From: a virus
Lineage: Duplodnaviria; Caudoviricetes
Virus record (IMG/VR): IMGVR_UViG_3300045738_002385
Location: 1 to 60,239 of that record
Reading direction: 5' to 3' (one strand)
Length of the DNA: 60,239 nt
Shown here: piece after piece, positions 28,201 to 39,036 of the stretch
How the letters are laid out: every line of letters starts with the position of its first letter
Numbering within the stretch: position 1 is the first letter of the stretch
Notes under the pieces: generated by a model
Seen by the model: the letters and a program-made list of their open reading frames with translations, nothing else
Told to the model about the DNA's origin: nothing
The model's database searches: none
Made by a program: the position numbers and the translations under genes

Positions 28201-31200
28201 CATCGCCAACACCTACGCCATCTCCTTCTCCAACAAAATGTTCATGGAGTCCGACGCCAACGCCGACCAACTCCCCAACGCCCACCAAGACCCCGTTGCC
28301 AGATAAGCCGATCCCCGGCGTGCCTAGGGGTGGGGGCCCAAGCGATGGCCCCATCGTGTACCCATCGCCAACGGTGACGAAAACAACGACACCTAAGCCT
28401 ACATGCTATTCTCCGACTCCTTCGCCTACGCCGAAGCTTAGTGTGAGCGTTTCTCCCCCGATAAATACACCGAGTGTGACGCCTAGTAAAACGCCCCCCG
28501 CCACACCTAGTAACACGCCAACCAACAGTCCATCGAATACGCCATCGAAATCTATATCTCCGACGCCGGGTGTTACTCAATCGAACACGCCCACGAACAG
28601 CCCATCGAATACGCCGAGCAAGACGCCAGCGAGCACACCGTCGAATACCCCGACAAATACGCCAACTCCGACAATCTCAATTACGCCATCGGTTACGCCA
28701 TCGAATACGCCGAGTAAGACTCCACCGAATACGCCTAGTAATACGCCAACGAACAGTCCATCGAATACTCCTAGCAAGACGCCACCGAGTACGCCATCGA
28801 ACACGCCAACCAACAGTCCATCGAATACGCCATCGACATCTATACCTCCGACGCCGGGTGTTACTCAATCAAATACGCCATCGAATACGCCGTCGAATAC
28901 CCCTAGCAAGACGCCACCGAGCACGCCATCGAATACGCCCACGAACAGTCCATCGAATACTCCTAGCAAGACGCCACCGAGTACGCCATCGAATACGCCC
29001 ACACCATCTAGGACACCGTCCAATACGCCATCGAATACGCCAAGCAATACACCATCGGTAACACCCTCAAATACGCCGAGCAAGACTCCACCGAATACGC
29101 CTAGTAATACGCCAACAAACAGTCCGTCGGTAACGCTATCGAGGTCCATCCCTGCGACGCCGGGAGCATCTCCGTCGAATACTCCGTCGAATACTCCGTC
29201 GAATACGCCGAGCAAGACTCCACCGAGTACGCCTAGTAATACGCCAACGAACAGTTTGACTCCAACTCGGACCCCAACTCACACCCCAGCACCGACATTG
29301 ACTTCGACCCCGAGGGTTAGTGCTCCCCCGAGCACGTCTCCGCCTCCGACGCCAGCACCATCTTTACCAAGGTTTCCGCCTAAGCCCCAAAAGCCCGGAG
29401 TTACCACAGCTCTAGAGGTACATATTATTTTAGATGTTAAAGTTGGAGCACGGCAAGGTCAAGCGGTAAACCGAGCGGCCGCAAATTGGTGGGCTGTAGG
29501 TTTCCCATGGTTCTTTGATGATAATTTTTCTATGACCGAAGTAAATGTATTTGCTTGGGAAACGAATGAGACGACCGTAAAAGACCTAAAAGAAGAAGAT
29601 TGGGAAATGGACGAAGACGGAAACCCCATCAAAACTAAAAAGGTTCTTAAAAAATACAGTATTGGATACGACCAAGTTCCCGCTTGGGGTGAACCAAAAT
29701 TTGCTGGATGCCCCGGGTTTAGAGGCTTTGCATTCGATCCGGCAGGGTTAATAATAGATAATGTTATTATCAATTCAGAAGGCACCCGCACAGCAACAGA
29801 GTCCCCGGGGCTAGAACAAGGCTTTACATTTGGTAGCGGACGCGGGCGTCGGGGCGGAGGATCAACGGCAGCGAGCAGCTCATTGCAAGGCGCAATTAGT
29901 TTTAATGAGACAGCTGTCTTTCAGGGTATTCCCGCAGGTCTGGGCGACGGAATGGCAATGTCTTTAGATTGGCAAAAAACCGTAATGACTCCAGAGCTCA
30001 GAGGGCTGCTAAACAAAATAGATTCAGAAGGAGCATACGGTGGGGTTTATTCAAAATACGCGGGGTATGAAGGGCAGATAGAATATATGTGGGTGCCAAC
30101 ATTTGCCGAAGGCGTTAAGAACGTTGGCGGCTGGTTCTGGTATGCCATGAAAAAGGTTATAGAATCAGATTGTGGATGCACACTTGTTGGGGCAGGCGTA
30201 GATGGAATTAGCCATTTCTTAGGAATGGCGAGGTCAAAATTTGAATTAGAAGAATGGGCCCCAGAAGCGGTTAACATAATAAAAGCGACAGAAGTAACCA
30301 TAAAATACAATGAGAAAAAACTTGACACCGAACTCGAGGGGGCTGAAAACAATCAACAACGGCAAGTATTTTCTCCAGACGAATGCTGCGATAAAATGAC
30401 GGACGCGTGCGAAAAAGATTTATGCTATGATCCTATTTTGGCAAAACCATCCATGCTTGAGATAGACCACAAACCAATAGGAGACTACAGAGGATGGGCA
30501 TTATCAAAATTGTTCATAGACGGGGCAGGGGGGCCAGATGAAAATTGCGGAAGTGATCTATATCAATACGCCTGCAGAGACTTTAATATAGGCTATCAGA
30601 TAGGAGAAGATCAACCCATCTTTGAATACTATGATTATTTAGATCTTGATGGACCGGAGGGTGGTGAAATTGGCCAATATTGTCATAAAGGATATATACC
30701 AATTTTTGGAAACACAAATGGAGAGCTTGGCAGAATGGCTTGTGGACACAAGTTCATGGCTCCCGCCAGAAAAAGACAAGATAGACGGGACGACTCAATC
30801 AATATAGACATATTTGGAGTTGGAAAAGCTAATGAATGTGACTGGGAACCGTCTGTGATATTAAACCTAATGGGGGAGACGAAGGCAAGCGACGGGACAG
30901 ATAGCGTGGCACCCATTCCCCACTTATTCGTCGCGGAAACCGAGGGGCAGGTTTGTCACCCAACGGGATATAAAGACATAGAATGTCAATGCAATGAAGA
31001 CTATGAAGGTAGAGTGAGAAATACTTATCTTCCTTCCCCTCTTTGGAATGAATTTTTCTGTCCGGATTGGTTTTCTGATTTAGAAAAGATAGATAAATCT
31101 ATAACACAAACCCACGTTGTCCCATCTTTGGCTCCCCCAGACTCACAGAAATATTGTTATACTATCATTCGAGACGCAGACATACCTTTGGATGATGCAA

Positions 31201-32306
31201 GATTTGTAACAAACGTATACACCCTAGAAACGAATGATCAGGGTGGGCCAGAATATGATAAAAAATACATACATGACACATGCAGCACCAAACCCATAGA
31301 GGAAATCGAGGCGGTAATAGGTGATACAAATTATATAAATTATAATGTTGACTGTGAAGCGAGCGGAATAGTTGTACCCGGAAAGGGGGCAGGGCCAGAG
31401 AGCACAAGGGGGGACTGCCTAGAATTTAAATACAGCAGATTTAATAGAGGCTATTTAAAATACTCTATGCCCACGCAACCGTCTGACGCTCTAGAAACTA
31501 TAGTCACGGAAAGTGACTTTTGCGAATGTCCAGATATATATGGATACGGAGGAGACGGAGAAGACTGCGAGGACAAGCCCGTGACAAGAGATGACTTCAC
31601 TTGGTATAAAACAGAAGCAGAGATCAACATTAAGGGGGAAACGATTAAGCTAACAAGTCAAAAAGAAAAAACATGCATAGCATCCGACAGGTCTGCTCTA
31701 GAAAATTACCCAGATGATGATTCCTGCAAGGCTGTCTGCGGTGTTAGCGCGAAGAAAAAGGTATTAACCTATGATGTATATATTCCGATTTCCTTAACGG
31801 ACAAAAACGGAGACCCCGTTCCGGAGATGAGGGAAGAAAAGGGGCCGTTCTTTTATTATCTCATAGATGGAGACTACGGAGAAACAGGCTATTATTTTGA
31901 TGGGGGAGACAATAACCCAATGGAGGTCGAGGCTCCGGAAAAAATTGAATTCTACGCAGGAGAGTGTGTGGCATTTACTAAGACAACAAAATTATATACA
32001 TATGACCCTCAGGCCCTAGAAGACGGCGGGGAATATCCAGAAGTCACGACAACAACAGAGACGCATTACTTAAAAATACCAAAAGCACTAAATGCATATG
32101 ACATTAGGTTAACCGTTACCCAAGACCATTTGGACAAGGACCTAGTCTGTTGCTCACCCATAGGGTCAAACGTAAGCAGGACATGGCCATCAGAGGAAAT
32201 CCTAACGGCCCTAGGGCCATCTGGGGAAATAATAGGCGAAGCTCCAAGTTTCGTTTCGGAGACTTTGGTCGACAATACCACACCGTGTAGCGGGGATTGC
32301 CCATAA
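22218..32306 (+). CDS. Giant (3362 aa) mucin-like Pro/Thr/Ser-repeat protein with LamG and Cys-rich modules, probably a virion surface protein
   Basis: Long TPSN/TPTN repeat blocks; two LamG-like domains ([20 protein letters not shown]); many Cys; GTGTAA at 22186. Confidence 0.8.
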   Translation: MGKFDFLNLPFLGHGYDGPERLTYGYTGQAGKACDGLYAYASGPITAQHTVPWGTIGTVRSIKEQVLQGTGLSPSLDEFSNSGEFSSLPFDYDIVLDYNPFWLDPMPKLGSWYSSKCGLFVPTTEDTYTDITGNCSKIPSMTGQETMNDRNALGYHPCFDETDLFPHPIGNYKNIAGPFACHSYGPQYETNPMMTLGGEYQHVYAKHALGNECADSGTYVENIDDSYVWFWTGGHRKQGVGYDLPRELAFFPRSGVDADAYKIRFEWNRYEANQIPPQVFKNNFITGNYRPPHRQYNQGQSRKGCCGYLHKIDTITTGFVIYSGDASLGINGVTGGFLYDHNENKIDPNQHLKEKFLTSGIDIPYPHGHGLGRVDATQFFCGYCNAEDPDVKFNAPWVNPCHPPEHDRCWPDCIVNYSKATVDYYKSGCYVGQTNYLNIANVLCIEPPPPSPTPTSTPTPTISITPSVTPTNTPSATPSVTPSVTPTNTPTPTRTPSNTPSNTPSNTPSVTPSNTPSNTPSNTPSRTPSNTPTSSNTPTPTNTPSNTPSPTYCPWSPTPTPTNSPTVSNTPSVTPSPSVPPIGFSSNYWDCIHCVDGAPLISHHATESGCQDCVDNPPPGADAFGDCINVYCTTGVSGFCVSHDVYCPPVSPTPTPAMPHWDCLYCLDGEVVSSSHATETGCQACVDNAPQNAEYGDCVQVTSGVTHDFYCPPPGASPTPTPTPTPKPTCYSPTPTVSASPTNTPTNTPSRSVSSTPTNTPTNTPSNTPTNTPSNTPSNTPSTTPTQTPTRTPPNTPSNSPSSTPSNTPSKSTSPPPGVSVSVSVSNPPTPTPTTPIFPPPPSPSNSPSVTPSCSLCPWSPTPTPTPATTPSRWKCVCNIGLQGILPDGTVIKAPDTWRCIPESVGNGDEEYTVNTYDTQAECLSRCDCVSPTPTPSPTTTPTSSPKPACYSPTPSPTPTITPSKTPQNSPSVTASLTGTPKPHPSRSPGAPPSPTASSSPTPTPTNTPVLCPTNTPTPTPLVPPPAGTPGVTPSNTPSVTPSRSGSFGSGAGDIVHYYRARPCSQNPQKWPCSDAFVPGYNRGSADCGCIGIVGYGGDCDPGAVGECYDKNTGINLPKQPSTFGLRAGAQKSYCERSTSAGGLGGCWRERTIAVFSPGSSKTWCWILNTYIGQKKNRICPQHHPQYPSCGEPWPNTCGRALFRTSEYLFYKIVDNQNKYCGNPSDCGIVVSPKTLMASSDTVLHIQSDTTDGSTTFKDSSSFSHAVSAGSQGGTPLVHHSTDQKQRGATSIYFAGSRLPYQPNTDVLVVANTPDLQIRKKDFTIECLFYIEKFRTGYDYGRWGSGCEGGCYSGLISKSKDTGQGYCASYDGWTLGYYGSSSSKATTGMYKGNLIFGYYDSYNRCTNPVYSSIFTANNTLVEKRWYHVSVSRTGGVTKMYLDGILQGQFNDTYDYDETNRIMIGNQHAQSFSGTNDYLHNGYIDEIKISISQCVAGGDINYGHGLAIGRFYFDWEPDYYHNGYIDEIKISTGGRGGTGDLLFIKSATTDGSITFTDLSPNSHTINRGGGVHHKTVPTLIDSTISFDGFGDWLSIAGSPATKDWDFGKGDFTIECIFYVKKLANNFLPAPGSVGLIASMGDAAGVTDNGWSLAYDESGMIYFVIHTNETTQVLTLSKKNAIQEGKWYHVAVTREGEEACLWLESDTFSIDEAHSGVDWKPEDGQKVDCQSCSGAATPNTPSSITAGALPEELPTARDAVQYCGCTYFKEKLAETKLGEWVRSGSNMVWRDLVGYVNVGGRWRPPSPLGRPNLNPITKTFYTDIVYHCGYGNGFDTTTGFSLPASEGACNCGSVHQSTAWNNKCFPKQNSGTIFKNKGDPIGVGTKLYHSKDPNDPEPARIGKTNKEPWGKNTIPASTVCTSSTITYGIKNSSLPAPGISQWITAEWVLEGGTWVAKIIAAGNCTPPPSPPAVGTTPPPTASPTECLTRTPTPTVPASPTPTPSPSPTKCSWSPTPTPTNSPTPTKTPLPDKPIPGVPRGGGPSDGPIVYPSPTVTKTTTPKPTCYSPTPSPTPKLSVSVSPPINTPSVTPSKTPPATPSNTPTNSPSNTPSKSISPTPGVTQSNTPTNSPSNTPSKTPASTPSNTPTNTPTPTISITPSVTPSNTPSKTPPNTPSNTPTNSPSNTPSKTPPSTPSNTPTNSPSNTPSTSIPPTPGVTQSNTPSNTPSNTPSKTPPSTPSNTPTNSPSNTPSKTPPSTPSNTPTPSRTPSNTPSNTPSNTPSVTPSNTPSKTPPNTPSNTPTNSPSVTLSRSIPATPGASPSNTPSNTPSNTPSKTPPSTPSNTPTNSLTPTRTPTHTPAPTLTSTPRVSAPPSTSPPPTPAPSLPRFPPKPQKPGVTTALEVHIILDVKVGARQGQAVNRAAANWWAVGFPWFFDDNFSMTEVNVFAWETNETTVKDLKEEDWEMDEDGNPIKTKKVLKKYSIGYDQVPAWGEPKFAGCPGFRGFAFDPAGLIIDNVIINSEGTRTATESPGLEQGFTFGSGRGRRGGGSTAASSSLQGAISFNETAVFQGIPAGLGDGMAMSLDWQKTVMTPELRGLLNKIDSEGAYGGVYSKYAGYEGQIEYMWVPTFAEGVKNVGGWFWYAMKKVIESDCGCTLVGAGVDGISHFLGMARSKFELEEWAPEAVNIIKATEVTIKYNEKKLDTELEGAENNQQRQVFSPDECCDKMTDACEKDLCYDPILAKPSMLEIDHKPIGDYRGWALSKLFIDGAGGPDENCGSDLYQYACRDFNIGYQIGEDQPIFEYYDYLDLDGPEGGEIGQYCHKGYIPIFGNTNGELGRMACGHKFMAPARKRQDRRDDSINIDIFGVGKANECDWEPSVILNLMGETKASDGTDSVAPIPHLFVAETEGQVCHPTGYKDIECQCNEDYEGRVRNTYLPSPLWNEFFCPDWFSDLEKIDKSITQTHVVPSLAPPDSQKYCYTIIRDADIPLDDARFVTNVYTLETNDQGGPEYDKKYIHDTCSTKPIEEIEAVIGDTNYINYNVDCEASGIVVPGKGAGPESTRGDCLEFKYSRFNRGYLKYSMPTQPSDALETIVTESDFCECPDIYGYGGDGEDCEDKPVTRDDFTWYKTEAEINIKGETIKLTSQKEKTCIASDRSALENYPDDDSCKAVCGVSAKKKVLTYDVYIPISLTDKNGDPVPEMREEKGPFFYYLIDGDYGETGYYFDGGDNNPMEVEAPEKIEFYAGECVAFTKTTKLYTYDPQALEDGGEYPEVTTTTETHYLKIPKALNAYDIRLTVTQDHLDKDLVCCSPIGSNVSRTWPSEEILTALGPSGEIIGEAPSFVSETLVDNTTPCSGDCP
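23556..25350 (+). repeat. Coding repeat block 1 (12-nt TPSN-type units interleaved with Cys modules)
   Basis: AATACGCCATCG-type degenerate tandem repeats; boundaries approximate. Confidence 0.85.
28105..29400 (+). repeat. Coding repeat block 2 (TPSN/TPSK units with higher-order repeats)
   Basis: Repeated [24 protein letters not shown] units; boundaries approximate. Confidence 0.85.
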
Positions 32307-32372
32307 TGAGTAAAGTTTTCCACCATATAGGTTTTTCGTGTATTTTATAGTAACAATTGCCTTTTTTAAATC

Positions 32373-32870
32373 ATGTCAAAAATTACAGAAATAGATTTTA
32401 GCGAACAAATTTCTTCGGAGAAAGAAGAAAAAGAAACATCCCCAGCAGAAAAGCAAAAGGCAATTATAGAATTTTCTAAGAACATACTAGAGGCCTTGGA
32501 GTCTAAGGCCGAACAACACAACGAAGAGAACCCGGACAAAAAAGTAACCTTCGCACAACTTAAAAAAGTGTACGTTCGCGGGGCCGGAGATTGTCACGAC
32601 GCTGAGGACTCGGAATATGTTTGCGGAGAGTGGGCGATGGCAAGAGTAAACATGTTTCTTAGCATGAAGCTCGGGGATAAGCCAAATATAATTAATAAAG
32701 AAGTAAACATAAGATCCTTTGTTGATATTTCTGATTCATGGACTCCTTCTGAAAACAATTTCGCAAAGGCTAAAGAAGATATTGAAAAATATAAATTGAA
32801 TTATGAATATAATCACATAGAGGAACTTTATTTAGCTGAAGAAAAATCATCTTATATTGAATTTATTTAA
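32373..32870 (+). CDS. Hypothetical head-region protein
   Basis: LKKVYVRGAG...WAMARVNMFL motif, recalled from other viral proteins; GTGTAT at 32338. Confidence 0.7.
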   Translation: MSKITEIDFSEQISSEKEEKETSPAEKQKAIIEFSKNILEALESKAEQHNEENPDKKVTFAQLKKVYVRGAGDCHDAEDSEYVCGEWAMARVNMFLSMKLGDKPNIINKEVNIRSFVDISDSWTPSENNFAKAKEDIEKYKLNYEYNHIEELYLAEEKSSYIEFI

Positions 32871-32875
32871 AAGTT

Positions 32876-33190
32876 ATGTCTAATCGAATTATTTATAAAG
32901 ACACAGGAACTCCGAAACCTTGGGCAAGCGCGCATAGCTCAGGCGCGGGTCTGGTTATCTCTGCCCCCGGCGCAGGTCAACATATAGTGATTTGTGATAT
33001 CATGGCCGTTAGCGCGACCACCGTTAGCACAGTAGTTGCGGGCGGGGGAGACATTATAACTTATATGCCTGCTGGTGGCATTTCTAACTTAACAGCACCG
33101 ATTGCTGTTGGAGATAATAAAGCCGTTTACAATAGCGCAGGTAAAATAAGTATAACTTACTATATACAAAATAATAATAGATCGTTATAA
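32876..33190 (+). CDS. Small virion/decoration-like protein (paralog A)
   Basis: Shares the N-terminus (KDTGTxKPW) and C-terminus (YYIQxNNRSL) with the next gene. Confidence 0.7.
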   Translation: MSNRIIYKDTGTPKPWASAHSSGAGLVISAPGAGQHIVICDIMAVSATTVSTVVAGGGDIITYMPAGGISNLTAPIAVGDNKAVYNSAGKISITYYIQNNNRSL

Positions 33191-33195
33191 AGCCC

Positions 33196-33777
33196 ATGGC
33201 TAACCGTTTCCATTTTAAAGATACGGGAACCCGAAAACCTTGGTCAACCGTATCAATAAGCTCCGCTGGTAGTATTTTGCACCCTCTTAAGGACGGGCCT
33301 TCCGTAAGTGATTGCGTCACAATTTCGGCAGCAAATGGAAAATACGCATACCTCGGCACACACAACGGTAAAAAAACATTTATCCATATTGATACCAGCA
33401 ATTATTATATGTGGTATAATGGGTCTTCTAGGTGGTATATTAGTACATCCATAGGTAGTACTCCGGGGTCCGACTGGATAGGCTCGGCCACTACGAGCGC
33501 TTCATCCCCTTGGGATGTATCATGGAGCCCCACGGTTGTAGAGGAGGGGGCCGACAAGGATAAAGCTCATTATGTCATAACAGACATATCCGCTCAAGCA
33601 CAAACAGACTTAACTTTGGATAATGGGGAGGGCGGTTCAAAAATTCTCGTGTATATGCCGGCAGGATCAACACATTTTAAGGCTCCTATAGCCGTACCGG
33701 CAATTTCTGGTGTAAGTAGCAGTGCGGCATCTGTAATGATTAATTATTATATACAGGACAACAACAGATCATTATAA
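33196..33777 (+). CDS. Small virion/decoration-like protein (paralog B, with an inserted domain)
   Basis: Paralog of 32876-33190 with an extra internal Trp/Tyr-rich segment of about 90 aa. Confidence 0.7.
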   Translation: MANRFHFKDTGTRKPWSTVSISSAGSILHPLKDGPSVSDCVTISAANGKYAYLGTHNGKKTFIHIDTSNYYMWYNGSSRWYISTSIGSTPGSDWIGSATTSASSPWDVSWSPTVVEEGADKDKAHYVITDISAQAQTDLTLDNGEGGSKILVYMPAGSTHFKAPIAVPAISGVSSSAASVMINYYIQDNNRSL

Positions 33778-35270
33778 TGAAAGATTTTAAATATACAACT
33801 ATTTTTAGTAATTTAACAATCAGACCGCTAGTTGCAGAGGAGAAGGACAAGTACCTTGCTATAGCAAGCTTGATGGACGTAAGTCGGTTCGTCCCCGATT
33901 TAGACACGGATAAAAATATAGATCTTCTCCCCATCGCTTTTAACGCTTTTGTTGCTAATAGGATAAATAGGAATGGCGATGTAATTGATTCGTCAACCGC
34001 GATTGAAATATATAAAAATTTTGTAAACAAGCCTATAAATATAGAACATAATCGTGAGCGCGTCGTAGGGACGATCCTTGCTTCAAGCTTTACTGAATTT
34101 GGGACAGATCAACCGCTAGAGGAAGAGCAAATTAAAGACATGAAAGGCCCATTTAATGTCACCTTGGGCGGAGTAGTATGGAAAATAGTCAATAATGACC
34201 TAGCGGATATGATAGAGAACTCAAATGATCCCACGAGCAGGGACTACCAGAGGATATCCGCAAGCTGGGAGCTTGGATTTTCTGACTTTGAATTAGCAAT
34301 AGTTGAAAGAGGAGAGAAAAACATAGAAAATGCTGAAATTATATCAAATGAACAGCAAATAGAGTCCCTAAAAGAATATTTAAAAAGCTTTGGTGGCTCA
34401 GGAAAGCTGGAAGATGGAAGAAGCGTTTACCGTAAAGTCGTTAACGATATTGTCCCTCTCGGCATAGGCCTTACCGAATCGCCCGCAGCTGATGTGAAGG
34501 GCGTGGCGGTAAAAGGAGAAGAGCAATCAGAAAACGAAGAAAACAATGGAAAAAACATTTCACAAAGTGTAATAGTTAATGTAAATAAACTTGCAGAAAA
34601 TAGTACTATCATGAAAATTACAAGAATTCAAGACATAACGGATGATTCGCTGAAGACTCTTTCGGCTTCCGCTGTCGCAGACTTTATCGAAGAAGAACTT
34701 AAAAGAGCTTCCGAAGACTATTCTGCAGAGAAGGTCAAATACGATGAGCAACTCAAAGACGCGGACGACAAGCACGAAACTCTCTCCAAGGATCATGAGG
34801 AACTCAACGACAAACACAATACGCTTACGAAAGACATGCAGTCTCTTAAAGAGTCTCTGGACGAAATAGAAGTAGAAAACTCCAAGAGAGAAGCCCAAGA
34901 GGTCTTCAATCAAAGAATGGCTTCCATGGACGAAGAGTACGAACTTAGTGACGAAGATCGTAAGGTTATTGCCTCCGACCTAGAGAGTATGGAGGAAGAG
35001 AATTTCAAAACTTATTGGAACAAGATGATTATTCTTTTATCTAATAAGAACAAGAAAACAATAGAAGCCGCTAAAGCCAAATCCAAGACGGAAGAGGCCG
35101 AAGAGACTACCGAAGCAACCGAAACTAATGATACGGTTGTGGAAGTCGCCTTGGAAGATGCGGAAAAACAAGAAGAGATCTTGCCTGCCTCTACGGAAGC
35201 AAGCGCGCCAACTGTTTACGATAAGTATCGTGCCGCTTTTGGAATTGATCAATTCGACATCACAAATTAA
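33777..35270 (+). CDS. Prohead protease fused to a scaffold region
   Basis: NRNGDVID, KPINIEHNR and SASWELGF protease-like motifs; acidic coiled-coil C-terminal half; lies upstream of the capsid genes. Confidence 0.75.
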   Translation: MKDFKYTTIFSNLTIRPLVAEEKDKYLAIASLMDVSRFVPDLDTDKNIDLLPIAFNAFVANRINRNGDVIDSSTAIEIYKNFVNKPINIEHNRERVVGTILASSFTEFGTDQPLEEEQIKDMKGPFNVTLGGVVWKIVNNDLADMIENSNDPTSRDYQRISASWELGFSDFELAIVERGEKNIENAEIISNEQQIESLKEYLKSFGGSGKLEDGRSVYRKVVNDIVPLGIGLTESPAADVKGVAVKGEEQSENEENNGKNISQSVIVNVNKLAENSTIMKITRIQDITDDSLKTLSASAVADFIEEELKRASEDYSAEKVKYDEQLKDADDKHETLSKDHEELNDKHNTLTKDMQSLKESLDEIEVENSKREAQEVFNQRMASMDEEYELSDEDRKVIASDLESMEEENFKTYWNKMIILLSNKNKKTIEAAKAKSKTEEAEETTEATETNDTVVEVALEDAEKQEEILPASTEASAPTVYDKYRAAFGIDQFDITN

Positions 35271-35291
35271 TTTAAACAAGGAAAAAAAATT

Positions 35292-35855
35292 ATGCCAACA
35301 CTATTACCATTTAGAGATTATAGCGAACACAACGTTGTCAACCTCTTCGCAGTAAGTGGAAGCCTTCCCGTTAGTAAGGGAACGGTAGTACGTATCCTTG
35401 GAAATGGATGGAAAAATACAGATGAGCCTATCGAAATGATGGGGTCTCAGCACCTTGGTGCTTCGTATGCAAACACCGTTTCCGAAAGATATGGAGTTCC
35501 ATGTAAGATCGCGATCGCCCATACGGGCGCAGGCGGCTCTAAGCATGTTCCACTTGGCTTGACGCTTTACGGCGTTCAAGAGCTTGACGAAAACGGCGAG
35601 AAGCTACTTTACAACCCACGCAAGGCCGCCGAAATGGGCGTTGCCATTAGTGGACAAGCAGTACCTGTACTGACTAAAGGAATCGTTCTTTACAGCGGTG
35701 CCGTCCTAACATCTGATTCGCCAGTGGCGAACGTGGACGTGTACACTGCAAATAACGGTGAACTATCAACGACTTCAACCAATGCCACTAAGGTAGGCAA
35801 AACATTGGGATCGCTTGACGACAATAATCACGTACTGTTAAAGATCGAACTTTAA
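35292..35855 (+). CDS. Capsid decoration/stabilising protein
   Basis: Lies between the scaffold and major capsid genes; GQAVPVLTKG and C-terminal VGKTLG...LLKIEL; high-expression-type codon usage. Confidence 0.7.
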   Translation: MPTLLPFRDYSEHNVVNLFAVSGSLPVSKGTVVRILGNGWKNTDEPIEMMGSQHLGASYANTVSERYGVPCKIAIAHTGAGGSKHVPLGLTLYGVQELDENGEKLLYNPRKAAEMGVAISGQAVPVLTKGIVLYSGAVLTSDSPVANVDVYTANNGELSTTSTNATKVGKTLGSLDDNNHVLLKIEL

Positions 35856-35880
35856 CATTTAACTATAGGAACATTTTATT

Positions 35881-37026
35881 ATGAAGCTTAAACTAAAAAA
35901 CACTCCAGAGCAGGTTGAACTTATCAAAGCTATGGGGTCTAGAAATTCTACTGAAGCCCGAGAGGCTCAGGAAGCTTTCGCTGCTTTTATCGGACCTGTT
36001 GTTCAGCAAGTTATTCAACAAGCTGGCACCGCAAGTCTTATCTTTACGGATAATGAATACGATGAAGATGACAGCCCAAGCTATCCTTTGGATCTTTACT
36101 ACAGTGAGAATGCCGATCATATTACAGTTTGGTCACAGAACATCGCCGGTGGCTTGCCCACTAGTCATGTCGAAGGTATGGCAGAGATGAAAATCGCCAC
36201 CTACAGACTTGATACCGCTGTGACTTTCTTAAAGAAATATGCTCGTCGCGCTCGCTTGGACGTACTCGGTAAAACCATTGAGAGAATGGGACAAGAGGTT
36301 CTCCTCAAGCAGGAGAGAAACGCTTGGGCCGTTGTTCTTAAGGCTCTCGCCGAGGCACAAACCAATGGCGTCGTGCACACTATCGGTGGCATGGACGGAG
36401 ATCAATTCTCACCCTCTGACATTAACGCTCTTATGACTTTGGTCAAGAGAATTAATGGATCTTGGGCGGGAAACGGTAACGATGGAACTCCTTCTGATTT
36501 CAGCGCCAAAGGTCTAACCGACCTGTTCTTGAGCCCTGAAATGATGGAAGACGTTCGCGGGTTTGCTTACAATCCCGTAAACGATCTTGATGTGGGATCC
36601 AAAACAACTGGCCCAGTGACTCTTCCCGATAACGTTCGTAACGATATTTGGAGAAGCGCTGGAATGTCATCCCTGTATGGGGTCGTTCTTCACGAGATGC
36701 TTGAGTTTGGTGCTGGCAAAAAATACAATACTCTTTATAAGAGCTTTGTTGATGGCAGTGGTCTTACTCACAATGCACCTGCCGGGTCTGGCGGAACCAG
36801 AGACGGTACTTTGAACCTTTCGAACAACCAAGTCCTTGTTGGCTTGGATCTGAGTCGTGACTCCTTCATTCGCCCCGTCGCTCGTCATGCTGACAGCGGT
36901 TCGACGTTTGTGGCTGTTCCGGATGATCAGTTCGTAAGCCGTGCAGAAAGAATCGGATTCTACGGGTCTCTCGAAGAGGGTCGCGTATGTCTAGACTCCC
37001 GCGCAATTGTAGGAATACACATTTAA
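35881..37026 (+). CDS. Major capsid protein (HK97 fold)
   Basis: 381 aa; position after protease/scaffold and decoration genes; C-terminal IGFYGSLEEGRVCLDSRAIVG; strong terminator follows. Confidence 0.85.
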   Translation: MKLKLKNTPEQVELIKAMGSRNSTEAREAQEAFAAFIGPVVQQVIQQAGTASLIFTDNEYDEDDSPSYPLDLYYSENADHITVWSQNIAGGLPTSHVEGMAEMKIATYRLDTAVTFLKKYARRARLDVLGKTIERMGQEVLLKQERNAWAVVLKALAEAQTNGVVHTIGGMDGDQFSPSDINALMTLVKRINGSWAGNGNDGTPSDFSAKGLTDLFLSPEMMEDVRGFAYNPVNDLDVGSKTTGPVTLPDNVRNDIWRSAGMSSLYGVVLHEMLEFGAGKKYNTLYKSFVDGSGLTHNAPAGSGGTRDGTLNLSNNQVLVGLDLSRDSFIRPVARHADSGSTFVAVPDDQFVSRAERIGFYGSLEEGRVCLDSRAIVGIHI

Positions 37027-37048
37027 ATTATTTAATAATAATTAACAC

Positions 37049-37076
37049 AGGCCGAGATTTTCTCGGCCTTTTTTTT
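37049..37076 (+). terminator. Intrinsic terminator after the major capsid gene
   Basis: AGGCCGAGA-TTT-TCTCGGCCT followed by a T tract. Confidence 0.9.
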
Positions 37077-37136
37077 GTCTACGCATCTCAAAATAGGTGT
37101 AACGTACAACGTAAACAGCACAGGAAAGAATATACT

Positions 37137-38498
37137 ATGGCGCACCCTTATAGAAGAAAATTTTCAGAATACGAAGCACTAAAAGAAGGTGCTCTCGACA
37201 TCGGAGCAGATAACGGCAGACCAATAAGAATCAACCCCGACGGAAGTATTGAGGCGACAAGATTTATTGATACTACAGACAACCTTGAACTTTACGTAGA
37301 CAAGGGCGAAGTCAAAGCGAGATTCGGGATAGACTACTCCACAGAAGCAGAAGTCTCACTTAGTGGCGGGGGCACACTGTTCCGGTCTATGAGGGGAATG
37401 GTTTATTTCCTTAGGAATTCATTTTTTGTTTATGGATTTAGACTTTCTAGGTGGAGCACCACGATGCAAAGACGATTTGCCCACCTTTCAAGACCCATGA
37501 GAACCTCTGTCGCGAACGTTATGGCCAACGGAGGTAATTTCGTTTTTAGCTTTGAAAAAGATTCAAAAAATTGGGGAAGGGTCACTCAACACAGCTCGTT
37601 CTGCAAACCCTACAAAAACGCTATTTATTTAAGAGCTACTGATGCCATAAGAGAATGCAATGATATTATTGTCATCAAAACTGGACGCTTTAGGAGTGGT
37701 CCCGGCGGAGTTAGGAGCGGAATTTCAAATGAAACAATCGTTTGGGTTTCCCCGCACGAAGAGCTCGCATTTACAGGATTTACTCAAACCTCTGGGCAAC
37801 ACCATCACAGCGGTTCCGCTGGCCTTTCTCGATTTAGTGGAGCGGCTGGTCCGGGGTCTTGGTTCACAGGACAAGACGACGCAAGAAGCTTGCCTTGGAC
37901 TGGCTATAGCGGATGGATAGACACCACGGTGAGATCCAAGGTAAGCTACCTGTCTTCTAAGAACTACATTATTCCTAGTGGAACAGTACTGAAGGGTGGA
38001 GTGACTGTAGAAAAATACAATGCCTCTGGAACTATTTCTTCTGAAACAGCCCCGGCTAATTTGGTTGATACTGATTTTTATAACACTTACGCGACAACCG
38101 GTTGGGGAGCAGACACGCATACCGGGCAAAGCAAAGTGAGAATGTGGACAGGCAACGCTTGGAACGGAGTCATTCCACAAGATACACCATACAAGATTGA
38201 AGTATGGGCAGCCAATGGGGAATTGGTAGGCTTCCATGGGCAAATCGAAGCTGTTCCAACCGGAATGAGAGAGTTCGGAGGAGATACAGACGATTTTGAA
38301 ATTACGATTTCTGGGTCTGGTGAAGGTGTGTCCTTCTCGAGTCCTGCAGAAGCACAAAACATAGCAGGGGCCTTAGCAATGGTTGACTGCTATAGAAAAC
38401 TAGATAACTTATTGATACTGGCTGGCCATAGAACTAGCGGAGCTAATATGACTAAGTTCCACAAATTTATGACCAAAGTAATGACAGGAGTAATATAA
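37137..38498 (+). CDS. Hypothetical protein, probably virion
   Basis: Start moved to the ATG at 37137, after the terminator, GTGTAA (37097) and an AGGA site; rich in SG/TG. Confidence 0.7.
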   Translation: MAHPYRRKFSEYEALKEGALDIGADNGRPIRINPDGSIEATRFIDTTDNLELYVDKGEVKARFGIDYSTEAEVSLSGGGTLFRSMRGMVYFLRNSFFVYGFRLSRWSTTMQRRFAHLSRPMRTSVANVMANGGNFVFSFEKDSKNWGRVTQHSSFCKPYKNAIYLRATDAIRECNDIIVIKTGRFRSGPGGVRSGISNETIVWVSPHEELAFTGFTQTSGQHHHSGSAGLSRFSGAAGPGSWFTGQDDARSLPWTGYSGWIDTTVRSKVSYLSSKNYIIPSGTVLKGGVTVEKYNASGTISSETAPANLVDTDFYNTYATTGWGADTHTGQSKVRMWTGNAWNGVIPQDTPYKIEVWAANGELVGFHGQIEAVPTGMREFGGDTDDFEITISGSGEGVSFSSPAEAQNIAGALAMVDCYRKLDNLLILAGHRTSGANMTKFHKFMTKVMTGVI

Positions 38499-38499
38499 A

Positions 38500-39027
38500 A
38501 TGTTAACACCTTATCCAGCTAAAAAATTCTATTTTTTCGAATTTGAAGGAAGACTTGTTTTTAATGAGAATTCTCAAAATTTAATTGGCGTTGATGAAGA
38601 TCCTAGATTTAGGATAGAGCCAAACAAATTAAAGCATATTTTGAACTACTCTTTTGATCCAATTAGTTTAAACTTTGGATACACTAGGGACGAAGTTCTT
38701 GGACTCTTTTTGAAAAATTGTGATCTCACTAAAGCCGAAGCAGAAACAGAGTTTTTCATCATGATGAACAGGCCTCCGTATTCATACTTTAATGGACATA
38801 GCTATGCAGAGTATGCTTCTCAAACTTTCGACGCCTCTTATCAGTCGGAGTTGAGACAGCAATGGGAAACCATGGGGGTCAACGCCGTAGATGGGGAAGA
38901 TTTTCAAGGCAACCCCATAGTATATAAGAAAAAGAACTTTACTTTTTATTACGCAAGGGTCCAGCCCTTATTGAGGAATATGGCCGAGAATCTTGAAATG
39001 AGCGAATATGTAGTAATAGCACCATAG
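38500..39027 (+). CDS. Hypothetical protein
   Basis: 175-aa tightly packed ORF. Confidence 0.7.
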   Translation: MLTPYPAKKFYFFEFEGRLVFNENSQNLIGVDEDPRFRIEPNKLKHILNYSFDPISLNFGYTRDEVLGLFLKNCDLTKAEAETEFFIMMNRPPYSYFNGHSYAEYASQTFDASYQSELRQQWETMGVNAVDGEDFQGNPIVYKKKNFTFYYARVQPLLRNMAENLEMSEYVVIAP

Positions 39028-39036
39028 GATTTAATC

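Noticed and set aside
23695-29083. Diversity-generating retroelement template/variable repeat pair
   Set aside because: The copies are identical rather than differing at adenines, they lie in low-complexity stalks, and there is no reverse transcriptase in the window.
23522-29215. Gly/Val-rich minus-strand ORFs and Arg-rich alternative-frame ORFs
   Set aside because: These are shadow frames of the Pro/Thr/Ser repeats in the giant gene.
36987-37136. N-terminal extension of the 503-aa ORF given in the ORF track
   Set aside because: It overlaps the capsid gene end, the terminator and the GTGTAA promoter; the ATG at 37137 is the more plausible start.
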